A stretch of 64,000 bases of DNA from Trichoplax adhaerens (lineage: Eukaryota; Animalia; Placozoa): NCBI RefSeq assembly GCF_000150275.1, contig NW_002060949.1:5327006-5391005 (forward strand), read 5' to 3'. Each line of letters begins with the position of its first letter. Within the stretch, counting starts at the first letter, position 1. The translations under genes were made by a program, and so were the position numbers. Positions 36,116 to 48,892 of this stretch are shown here, one piece after another. The notes beneath the pieces were generated by a model. The model did no database searches and had not been told where the DNA came from. It worked only from the letters and a program-made list of their open reading frames with translations.

Positions 36116-37625
36116 ACTTTATTAATTTGCTAGTATAGTATTACAGAATTGATTAAAAATTGCGCAATGGGTTATATCTCGTAGTAATGACGATATTTAC
36201 ATTTTTAGCGTTAATTACATTATAACTTAAAAATTGTTTTCATATATTAACATATATTTTTCTTTACTAGTTATTTTAAATACTGAATTAATTTGTAATA
36301 GTAGAATGAAATAATCTTTTATTATAAATAAGAATATTGAAAACCTTAATGATTAGCAACTTTGATATCTATTCGATTCCTAGCTATCAAATAGTGATAT
36401 ATCTATCACACTAATTACTGAAAAACTAAATTAATTTCGTTTACAAAAGAATATATTTTATGATTAGCAAAATCATATAATGAGGTTTGTAATCTAGATC
36501 TTAAATATCTACTGTAGAACATTTTAAAGATCCATAAACTTTATAGTTAACAATCATATCGCTTATCTAGTTCATACATATATATATATTTACTGCATCA
36601 TGAACTCACTCATCGTAATCTCAAAAAAAATTTCTTTCTTTGGTTGATGTATGCTATAACCTGATTGACTAAATGAATATAAATAAATAAGCTTTTTTGA
36701 TATAGCTAATTTTCTCCATACATTAAGAAATCATCGCATTTATATACGAATTACAATATTGCTATTTAAGATTAGTGTACATCCTAACATCTGTGAACGG
36801 TTTAACAATAAACTCGACGATAGTTGATATCATTAAAGCAATTACTATAATTTTAGGATCTTAAACAATAATGTAACATATTTACAGTCGATGCATACCA
36901 TTAAATTAATAGACTAAATTCCGTCGAGAATTATGATTAAGACTTTATATCGAACAAAAATTAACCTTTGTATTGGAAAATCAAGTAACATTAAATGCAC
37001 TAATAATTGGATACTTTTATCCACTAATATCAGGGGAAAACTCCTACTATAAAATCTTCTTTTGTTACGAAGATTAACCAAGTAGATAATTGCAAGCAAA
37101 GTACACTTAGGTCATACACTTTGTGTTTTTTTACCGTAAGATGGGCGAACTTGATTTTGCATTACGTTCCTTTGTACAGCTATTATATCATTATTATGAT
37201 TATTGGCATACCTCAGTAGGGACTACTAATGTCCCTGACCTCAGTATAAGTGTAGTTATGAATACTGCTGCCCTATACTGCATTAGCAATCACACTATAG
37301 GAAATATTATGCTGTTATTAGTTAGTTTAACCTGTACAAGTGAGTATATATGCGTATATAGTATACGGGCTAGTAATTACCAGTAAAATCAGGTGCCACG
37401 GTGCTTGAAGCAGGGACTACTTAGTAAGAACGGTAATCCCTGTTATAACGGTGACTACTAAAAAAGTCGCTTTCTTTTACTACAGTAGCCCATACTTATA
37501 GACAGTAGATAATATTTAAGTATAATAGATTCTTTTACTAGTAGTTTGTTAAATACTACTTAAACTAAACATCTGGATTGCTATGAACCGCTTACTACTT
37601 TTCTTTCCTCTCTCTACTGAAATAG

Positions 37626-40600
37626 ATGTGATTAGTAAAGATGTTTTACTACTTTCCGACAATATGCTCGAAATAATATACGCTAAAAATTAATCAGTTA
37701 TAATTTGTAGAGGTATAATTATTACAAAATTTATTGACCTAAGAGTTATAAAAAAGTTATCTATACTGTGAGCTATTTAAAGCAATCAATATGCAAAATC
37801 GGTATTCGGATAATAGCAATAATGTAATTGTAGTAATAGCTCATTCAATATGTAGACCTTATCGTCACCGATGACTTGATACAATAGTGATATATTGTAG
37901 TAATGATTGTAATAATTTGCGATAGAGTAAAAATTGGATCACTTTATATACATACGAGTCATTATCTCTGAGCTATTTGACTGTAAATCGTAATAATACT
38001 ATTCTATCATATGGATATAAGGTTCTAAGGAATTACTTAACTTTGCTAATATTTTATCACAAACGTAAAAACGTACTTTAGTATGTTAATAATTACGATC
38101 ATAATGGTAAAGTTTGAGATTATAATCAATAGTAAGCGGACTGTCGCAATATCTTATTCTTTACTGTTAGCACTCTTTCTTGCAAGCGGTCTATTAAGAG
38201 TGTGAACAGACATGATACAATGATTGTTATACAGCTTGACGTACACAATCATCGATTTTTAAAAATCTAACTCTAGCCCTAACACTAAGTGCTACTTTAT
38301 ATATTACTTGGATTTAATTCGCATAATTAAAGATGCAAAACAACACTTTAGAGAAGGAAGATTATTTATTAAAGTTATCATGGTTGGAGGTTATTCTGTG
38401 GGAACAATTAGCATCAGGCGAAGATATACATACGGATATTTTCGTGAGAGTTACAAAACTACGGTAAAATTACAACATAAATTAGTTATCGATCTTCATT
38501 TATTGAATAATTATAGTAACTTTTAATATACGCTATTTATGACTAATCATTGAAGATCAACTATAATATACTTAATGAGTAAAACTAATAATATAGATTT
38601 ATTCATATTATCTAAAACCATTGACCACTAAAAGATCCTTTATTTTCACTCTACTACTTGCACAGTACAACTAGTGACGTTTAATAACAAATGCAAAATC
38701 ATCTTCAATTTATAGATAGGAGTTAACTTTGGTTTGAAAGCTATTAATTTGGATACGAAGAATGAAATGAAATTATAGCTATGGGATATCAGTGGTATCA
38801 CAGAATTAATTATTCAACTGCTAGATAAAATTTTCATATTTTATATATTTCATTCAGTAGAAATTAGGAGCTTCGTGCAAGTTCCTGCACTATATCTTTT
38901 AATCGATTCTTATATCATATACACAGACACATACGTATTTATTATTTTAACATGTCTTGACTATGAGAATACAATGGTAGCATTATCATTTCAACATACA
39001 GAGTTATAGCTAACTTTAAATCATTATGATTCTTTTCACTCATATATTTAAAAAGCCGGACAAATTTATGGGAATATAGAAAGAGTAAACATCATAACAA
39101 TACGAATATTGTATAACTAAATAAATTCCTACAAATTTTTTTCATCTGTCAGACTCACAATTTTTCTCTAATATGGAACTCTAATTCGATAATTGAAACA
39201 CTGCGTAGATGGTTTACTATAGAGAAGCTATGGGTGCTATTGGCGTTTATAGTGTAATCGAGAAAAAAACTTTTGAAATTACTAAAAGGTGGAAAAGGGA
39301 CATTGATAGCAAAGTCTCTCTTCCCGATGGTTCCTCAATTTCTGCAATTTTATTAGCAAATAAGGTAACTATAAATAGACAATGTTTATATGATCTTATA
39401 AGTTTATAAGTCTCTATAACAATGTAAAAGTTAAGTTAACATTCTATAAATAGTGTGAAGTACAGTTTCGGTATATGAAAATAGATAATGGTAATGATCG
39501 CTGATATAAATATCTATATTACTTAATCTATATTACGATGGTGCGATCAAATGAAAGTTAGAGATCACAACGATCCAGAATATCTTGATTTATTTATCCA
39601 AGACAACGGTTATATAAAATGGTTTGAAACATCAGCTAAGACTAATCTAAATATTGACAAGGCGTTCAGAAGTTTAGCAGAAGAGGTAAAATAATAATGG
39701 ATGTGCATATATTAAAATTTGTAACCACTTTGAATTCCAACTTAAGCTAAGCTTGGCGGAAAACATCAATTTATTATAATTTCAATAACAGACTTATAAA
39801 AAATTACTTAAAGAGAATTACAATAACGGCAGAATTATTGACTAAACCAACCGAATTAATGTATCAAAAATTAGATTTACTTACAATTTAGGATTATCCT
39901 ACTTACCTTCTTAATTCAGTACCGATTGAGCTATTTAACTACTAAACTACGGTACTTTTATATGCTAGGTGTAGTAGTTGATTGTATAGGACGATCGATA
40001 TATCACTCTAAAGTATTCTAAACTAAACTAACAATTAATCGCATATGTTAAAATCAATTCTACCCTAGAATCCAAAAATTACTAAATTAATATAATCATA
40101 CTTCAACTATAAGTACAATATAACCAAAAACCTAAGATAAAGCTGCATTCTTAAACTAGAACCCAAATCAAAACCTTCAGGTTCACATTATATTGCAGAA
40201 CAAAGTAATACAACTTTTACTATACATTATAAACAAGATTAGGTACAAGTTTTATCCGAATTAAAAGCGCAAATATTATAGTAATTAAACATATAGGTTA
40301 AATTACGTAAGATTTAAGAAAAAGTATACCGTTCAATATTACTAAGATATTACCTGAATAAAATAATCGGATTTACAGTTTACTACGATACCGTACTAAA
40401 TGAAATTCATTGTAATTACACTAAACTATTAGTTACTTTTAAAGCAACAGTGCCAATTAAAACACAAAATTTTGGATGAGAATTCTAAAAGCCAACCTTC
40501 ATTATAATGAAATGTTGCTATGATCATTGTATTAATTCTTTTTATATACAGATAGGATAGTATTTAGAAATAAATTTAATGATCACACAATATCTAAATC

Positions 40601-40981
40601 TACAGTACTATCAATGCTTTATAATTAAAAGGATCATTTAATAATGAAAATATGCAACTGCCACCGTAGCTTTGTAAATCGTTAGAAACAACTACAGTTA
40701 CTGTATATATGCGTACGTTGGTGATTTATATTTCTATTAATTTACAATCTTTTTGCTTATCTTTATTCCTCTTTCTAGTTTTTGACATTATATTATTCTT
40801 TATATTTTGCAAATTAAATACATAATAACAATTTTACTGATATGTAATATATAACAGATCTATGAAAGAGTCTGATAAACTCAATAAAAAGAAAATAGCA
40901 GATTCTGGAGCTGTCGATCTTAATGATTCTAACGATACTAACGAGAAAGAGCGACTGATGTTTAATTTTTGTATTTTTTAA
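37626..40981 (+). pseudogene. Rab32/38-family tandem copy 3, unprocessed pseudogene
   Basis: Same exon layout with multiple lesions: no GT donor after ATG 37626-37628; 1-nt deletion near 38370; P-loop GKT changed to GTI; in-frame TAG 38776-38778; exon 6 acceptor AG changed to GG at 39540-39541; frameshift with TGA near 40873; terminal CCF changed to CIF. Confidence 0.9.
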
Positions 40982-41927
40982 TTTTGTTAATTTACTGCTA
41001 TCACAAAATAAATGTAAAACTATACAATTTTATATGTATACTATTTATATGTACTCTCTTATTCATTAGTTGCTTTGGTATCAGAAGGAAATAATGGTTA
41101 TTGTAAATAACGATATCGTAAACTTTAGTAAATATTAGCTTTATTATCTTTTTTCTGATTCCTTGTTATTGGAATCAGATAATTATGAATCTGCCATATT
41201 TTATTACAGAAAGCCAAATTTCATTAATAGAGATACATTTAAAGTCTTATTTGTCTGATTACTGTGTATTATATATTCTGACTGACTAACGAGACGTGAA
41301 TAAATAAAGGGCTTTTTATGATTGGTTTTAAAAATTTTTTTAAATGTTGACTTTGAATACAAGTTACGAGTATATTGCAAATTGGAAACCAATATGTAGT
41401 ACAATGTGCGTAGATTGTGTAGCCATACGCGTAAATATGGCAATAAATGACGTAATTATCCTCATATAGCACACCATAAAATATACGATACTGTACCTTT
41501 GTATGTAACCTCTACATTCATATTATTTTGTTACAGTTAGATATAGAATATGAATGTTACATTATATACTACGCGTTACTATTATTGTCATATTGAAATA
41601 AAATTAGTTTAAAACACAGGCATTTTACTAGTGTGATTAACAGGATATAGCAGATATTAGCGATAAGTCAATGCTATAATAATTTTACAGATTATATGGT
41701 ATTAAGAGTTTTTAATTTTAACAGTGTCAGCCGAAATAAACTGAATATGTTCTGTAGAAATAAAATATAGTCAGCTAATTACCAAATAAGAGACAATAAT
41801 GGCATAAAAACACACTACGAACAACGTAAAATTGACATAGATTATAGTAAAGTAATCGTGCTATTTTCTGATGCAAAAGTGATCAGAAATAAAGCGTCCG
41901 ATAGAAATTTTTCCTTATGTAAAGTAT

Positions 41928-42400
41928 AAACGTTAAATACACAGTGTTTTAAACCTCCTTTTATTACAAAGATTGGCCAATTTGATCATTCTAGACAAAA
42001 TATACTTAGCTTATAATTACCATACTTTGGGCATTGACTTCAAGACGAGTAAATTGATTTTGCACAATGTACCTCAGCGCTAGTATACTATTGTCTTAAT
42101 CTGCGTCAGCAGAGTATAAATGTGAAATGTATAGTGTTTTAAATCTCTTCTATTGCGAAGATTGACCAAATTTGATCATTCCAAGCAAGTGTACTTACGT
42201 AGGTCATGATTACCGTGCATGAGGTATAGTATTTTGACCTAACGACAATTAAACTTGATTTTGCACAATATACCTCAATACCACTACTATACTGTTTACT
42301 TATACTGCATTAGCAATCAATTATGGAAATGCTATACGATCGTTAGTTTTCGACATATGTATATTACCTAAACGTTAAATATCTAGTGTTTTAAATCTGT
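41928..42400. repeat. Two and a partial copies of a 190-250 bp repeat related to the 31.9-32.6 kb array
   Basis: AGTGTTTTAAA units near 41943, 42133 and 42385 share CTCTTCTAT...TGACC..ATTTGA and TTTTGACCT...TTGATTTTGCACA with 32488-32617. Confidence 0.75.
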
Positions 42401-43087
42401 ATAGATATTTACTGTATGCACAATATAGCGCAATAGAGATCCTTATCACGCTTAAGATGAATAATCGTGATTCTTATCCGAGTTATTCACCATGTTATAA
42501 GTTCATTCATCATGATTCTCAGTAAAATCTTTCTTATTCATTTGATTGATGTAGATTATATATCTTCTCTACTAAGATAAAGAAATGAAATGGTTTTATT
42601 GGGTATTAACTGATTTTCATTACTATGTTTAAGACTTGCTTGTATTAGCATTTTGCCGATCCTCTTGGAAATCAGTATTCAGCATATGTACGAACTGTAC
42701 GTTAATTTATTAGACTACTATCTATGAAATTGTAGAATGACACATTTGATGTCCTTGCATTTTAAAGCATACGCTAACCTAAATATAACATTTGACAGTT
42801 GAGGCGTACTCACTCTCACCGAACAGAATTAATTGCAACACACACTCGAACCCAGGAAAATAGAAAACCTTATGCATTTCTTATGGTATACTATTACTGC
42901 ATAGACCGCTCACATATCGATAAGTATATGGAGTGATTATGTTCTCATATTCAGGAATAGATCAAACAGTTATTACTAATAATATAAACTTCTACTTTAA
43001 TTGTAATTAGCCTCTTTTATTGTGTCACATTCTCGAAAGATGCCCTATAGCATGGTACAAGACAGAAGGAAACTTCGCACATTAAGA

Positions 43088-46000
43088 TTAGTTCGCTGAA
43101 ACACCACAACGCCATGACAAGTTCAAATTCTCGGCAATAACTGCATACATATCAGCAGCTTCTTCGATCTTATAGATTGAAACAATCATTAAATCAAGTT
43201 AGGCAATTAGGTTTTTACTAAATTAAAAATTTGGATCATTAAAATGTAGATAACTAACAATTTTGGCCGTAGGCTTTCCAGCACCATGTCCAGCTTTTGT
43301 CTCAATTCGAATGAGCAAAGGATTGATCTGTAAATGAGCCAAAAATATCATTATGAGCAGGAGAGAAAGAGAGCATATTATTATGAAATTAAGTTACTTA
43401 AATAAACAATTAACCGCTTACTTGGTGCGGTAAAGAGCCAAGTTCATGTTGTATAGCAGCTATAAACTTATACGAATGCAGGGGAACAACTCTATCATCA
43501 TGGTCAGCTGTCATTAATAGTAATGCTGGATACTGTATATTAGGGTTTGAAGAGGCCTTAATGCTGTGGAGAGGCGAATATCTACAAGTATTACACAATG
43601 GCAATTGGTAATATTAGAGAGACAATTCAATGATACAATTAAAACGTGAACCGTAAGTTAATCTTACTTTATAAGATAATTAAACTCTTCTTCGCTATCA
43701 CTGGCACAACCATAATCAGTGGTCCTATAAATAATTAGGATTATTAGATGATTACATGAGCGTCTGTATTGAATAATTTAAATCTCAAATGCTGCTTAAT
43801 TAAATGTACCAAGCATGACCAATAGTGAATTTGTGAAACTTCAGCATATCGAGGACTCTGGATTAGAAATAATAAATAGATTAGCGTAAAACTTCTATTA
43901 TTGTGAATTAGTTCATATTATGGACATTCATAAATAATATTCCGATAACAGCATTATACAAATATATACCCGACTTGACTTATGACACAACGGAATAAAT
44001 CTGGTCGTTGATTCATGCAGGCGCATACCAAAAGTCCGCCGTTCGAACCGCCATTGATTGCGATTAATCTTGAAGAGGTATATTTATTATCAATTAGAAA
44101 TTCCGCAGCCCCAATGAAATCATCAAAAACGTTCTGTTTTTTGTCTTTTACACCAGCTTTATGCCACTTTTCTCCATATTCACTAATTTTACGTCATTTC
44201 AAAATCAATATGAAGATTAAAATATCTAAATATTGTATAAGCTCTATACAGATGATTTTTATTTACTATAAATATAAATTAGATTGTGTATACCCTCCTC
44301 CTCTGATATTTGGCACAGCTAGAATACCTCCCAAATGATAGATAAACATCAATCTGGAAACACTAAAAAACGGAGTCAAGGAAATATTAAAACCACCATA
44401 GCCGTACAAAAGTGTAGGGTGGCTACCATTTAGTTCAATTCCCTAAATATTCATAGAATTATAAGATATGTAATTATAGGAAGATAAAAGGCAATTTTTG
44501 ATAATAGTGAAATATTTTTACCTTTTTGTGAACAATAAACATTGGGATTGTAGTTCCATCCTTGCTTTTAAAGAAAACTTGACTTGTTACTAACTCAGAT
44601 ATATCAATGTCCTTCAGGTCAGTTTTCATAAATATCTATAAAAATAATTAATACCATTGTTGATAAACAGAAATTATATCATTTTCGATTTATTAACCAT
44701 TAATATGACTTTTACTTCAGACTGAATGTTGTCTTTTCGAAGATCACAGTAATAAATTGTTCCGGGTGTGAGAAAGGATTTGAACTGATAGAAGATCTGT
44801 GAGTTTGCAAAAAATAGAAGACATTATTGAAGAAAAGAATTTGCGCTGGAAATATAGATCTTATTCACATAAATATACCTCAAATTGCGTTTTGCGGCCA
44901 GAGAAGCCAGCTATAGTCCCCACATCCAAAGGAAGAGTTGCAATTGAATCGCCCGAAATAGCGTCAAATATTAGAATAACATTCTAGAACAGAAAAGCTA
45001 GAATGACGATTTACTGAGTCAACTGTACTATACGATGGAAATAACATTTTAATTATGCTAGATTTATACCTTGACATCCTGAAGATAGCAAACAAATAAT
45101 TTATTTTCTGCTATACATGTTGCCCATTCAAGTACATCTTTTGAATGTTCCGGTACAAGAGTTGTCCAGTTATTCTGTTATCGTCATAAAACAATATTAC
45201 GAACTTTACAAATATCCCTTAATCAATAAATTATCTACTGCTATCATTAAGAAGATTTATAAAAGTCAGATTTCGCCGTACGCATAGGCTTGAATCTCTG
45301 TTATTGTAGTGCAAGTATTAAAGTATATTCATATCATTAACTCTTACCATATCAGGATTAGTAAGATCAATGTTAATAAGCTTATAGTTGGGAGCGTTCA
45401 AATTCGTCAAAAACGTAAAAATATTTCCAAAATTGGTAACGTATTCGTACTTTGCGTCAAAGTTGTCCACGACTTTAATATATGGCAATCTTTCTGTAAT
45501 TTTAAATTTAAAGATTTAGATATATTTTTTATGTTTATAGAATACTAGCTATCGATAACCGTTCACAGTGGAGGGATTAAACGTCTCTTTATGACTTGCA
45601 GTTATAAAATCTTATATCCATACTTATGCAGTGTAGGTGTGCACTGTACAGTTCAATCGCAATTTTTAATTTTTAACAGGCTAAATAACATATCGTAAAG
45701 CTACTTTTTTATTCATACTAGAATGTTAACATAGCCGCTATGTTTCCTAAATTCTAGGACTGCAATCATGCTTCTTTGCTTAATTTAATAACTTTTACCG
45801 TAACTGACTAAAACGAGCGAGATCGTAGTTGGAAAGATCGTTATTTATATAATAATTAATATTTATACGAACACTAGTACTTTTACATAGTGTTGGATTA
45901 AACATTAACGAAGCTTTATACGAACATGCACATTTAATTAATAGATAACATATTAACGCATGACGCAAGAAATTCTAAGCTTCTTACCCTTTATACCATC

Positions 46001-48735
46001 AGTTAATTCAGCCAAATCGCAATAATAAAGTCGATTAACTGGATCACATCCTTCACATGCCTCCAAGACTACGTATCGACCGTCGTCGGTAACAGTTGCT
46101 TCACTGCAAAATTTTATATCGATTAACATTTTTTTTGTAACTCCAATGTATAGAAAATATCGTTTGTTTTAAAAACTGCAGAATTTATGGTCTAATGAAA
46201 CATTGCTGCAATGATTAATAACAGCTTGCAAACATTCTTAACGATTCGTAGAATTCGTTACTGCCTACTACTGACATAAAGTTTGTATAATATTTTTAGA
46301 ATTGTAATTATCACTGTCCTTTCAAATAAGATTATGTTCTAAGATACGTAAACGTACCAAATCCACTTTGGCTCATTGGGAAATTCTGCACAAAGAACAT
46401 CTTCCGATTGTTGTGTTCCCAAATAGTGGTAATATAGCTTTTGATGAAGATTCTGCGAAGTTTCAGTTCCATCAGATTTGCTATCAACATGATAACGATT
46501 ATAAAAAACTCCTTTGTTATCATGGGTCCATGACAACGAACTGAACTTTACATCTTTTAATTCATCGGGCAACGTCTTTTGGCTATCAACTTCCATGAAC
46601 TGTATACGTACATGAATATAAGAATATTACTGCATAAAAATAGCGGTAAATTGATAGACTTTGTATTCGTAATATTGTACTAGTTTCGCACAATGAAACG
46701 TTTGGATAGCGGAATGTATAAGCAAATGTGCATATTTGATATCATTTCACAAATATTGATGAACGCAATTTAAGTATACCCTAAAACATTATGTCAACCT
46801 AGTTGAATGACACTGTATTCAGTAGTTCCCTTACTAATTACAGATAATTTAAACTATGACACTAACATGAATGGTTTTCCAATCTGATCCACTCTTCGAT
46901 AGAGTATAAGCAAAGTATTGTCCATCCTTAGTAAAAGCATGTCTTGATAGAGCAATTGTACCATCATCTGATAATTTATTGGGATCGAAAAACACAGTTC
47001 CTTCTCCATTGAGAGAGTCCTTGGTGTAGAGGACACTGGATAATTATGAAATATAAGCCATTAGGCATGTGCTAAGTATGTACCCACATGCAAAGTGTGA
47101 ATTCATGACCTAATTGATATATTTCGCATGCTTATATATAGTACCGTAACAAGTATACCACTACTACAATACAGTAGATAGATTATGGTGAGCTGCGCTA
47201 CACTGTACAATATTATTGGAACTAGTGACAGGATTACAGGATTAATTTGTTCTTTAATGCTAGCTGTACTCCCATAGTCACCTAGCAATATCTTGGCTGA
47301 ATAGATTATCGTCTCCGTAAAGTACATGATGACTGCGAAATAAGTGTACTATCGATATTATGTATAATACTTAATACTTATTGCTCGTAAAATATTAATT
47401 GACGTTCTTTTGTAATATTTTCTTAATCTGGTACATCATTTATGATTCATCTAAGTCATGCATTTATACAGTAGATCTAATTTTATATCTTGCATCAACC
47501 ATGAATTAAAAATTGATCGTTACTACATACCCGTATGTTAGAGTAAAACATCATCCTTTCAAGTTAATATAATTCTACACGAGTAATTAAGCTAACCTTT
47601 GATTTTGTAATCCAGAATTATAAAAGTAAAAGTATCTGTTGCCGCGTTTAAAAGGGCATCCATATTTAGGATAATCGTACAACTCTGTCAATCTAAAAGC
47701 GAATAAACAAAGCAGTCATTCGATAAGAATCGTTCAACTTTATCATACCAGTCTTCCAAGAATAATAAAATTCTACATCTTATTAAAATGCTCGACTAGT
47801 CGACTTTAAATCGTTCAACCTTATCATAGCAGTCTTACTGAAGTTACTGTAATGCTTGACTGGTTTTAAATCGTTCAACTTTGTCAATACTAGTCTTACA
47901 GTACAAGAATGATGAGATTGTATATCTTATGAAAGTATTTCAATGCTCGACTTGTATTACTTTCAATCGTTCAACCTTGTCCTACCAGTCTTACAAGTAT
48001 AATGAAATTCTACATCCTATTAAAGAGTATTTCAATGCTCAACTTGTATACTGTACGTACTTTTAAATCTTGTCTTTGTTATAGCAGTCCTACAAGAATA
48101 ATGAGATTCTACATCCTATTAAAGCATTCAAATATTGGACTTGTATACTTTAAATCGTTCAACGTTATCATACCAATTTTGTAGTATAAGAATAATGACA
48201 TTCTACATACATACTATTAAAGTATTCAACAACTGGACTTGTATACTTTAAATCATTCAACCTTGTCCTACCCAGTCTGATAGTATCAGAATAACGAAAT
48301 TCTACATTTCAATTCATATATTTCAATACGCGACTAGTATACTCCATTTAAATGGCTCAAGCTTGTCATAGCAGTCTTACACAAGAATAATGAAATTTCT
48401 ACATCCTACTGAAGTATTCAAATGGTCGATTTGCATCCTTTAGAATCTACCCATTCAGGGTATACTAGAAACTAAAAGTTCTTCATTGTCATCTACGACT
48501 TGGTATTACTGTACCTGCTTTGATACTGTTGGCGAATTTTGCATTTTTTCAGATATGCATTGGTAATGTCATTTTGTGCCTTAACAAATTCCCTTGTCTC
48601 CTCACTGTCTGGATCTTCTAACCATTGATAAGGATCAGCTACTTGTTTTCCATGATATGAATCAAAAACATTCTCTTGTCGATGGATTTTGGGATAATGA
48701 ATTCTAGACTGGGTGCTGTTCTCGGCGTCAGACAT
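43088..48735 (-). CDS. PREP: Prolyl oligopeptidase (S9A), multi-exon, complete
   Basis: N-terminus MSDAE...[25 protein letters not shown]; propeller motifs LSKSGSDW and [17 protein letters not shown]; catalytic triad GGSNGG (Ser), ADHDDRVVP (Asp), AGHGAGKP (His); TAA at 43088-43090. Confidence 0.97.
47729..48440. repeat. Degenerate tandem repeat of about 60-100 bp, about 8 copies, filling PREP intron 1
   Basis: TCGTTCAACYTTRTCATASCAGTCTT...AAGAATAATGARATTCTACATC recurs near 47730, 47811, 47871, 47966, 48155, 48252 and 48352. Confidence 0.9.
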
Positions 48736-48857
48736 GATGATCACAGGACGAAATTTTAGCTCTTTTCACAATTTCTGCTGCCAAGGCGCGTCAAATTCAA
48801 CTCTTGAAAATTTTCAATGTTGATAATGTGTGAAATTGAGGTTATTGGAATGCTCTA

Positions 48858-48892
48858 TGGCCAATAGATTGTATCCAATTCAATGATTGGCA
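48858..48892. promoter_or_regulatory. CCAAT box cluster upstream of PREP
   Basis: GGCCAATAG, TCCAATT and GATTGGC (GCCAATC on minus) lie about 125-155 bp upstream of the ATG. Confidence 0.4.

Noticed and set aside
40858-40981. Selenocysteine or read-through at the TGA in Rab copy 3
   Set aside because: The TGA results from a 1-nt insertion relative to copy 2 in a gene with many other lesions, and no SECIS is evident.
42790-42910. tRNA or SINE suggested by GGGTTCGAG on the minus strand
   Set aside because: No convincing A box or cloverleaf.
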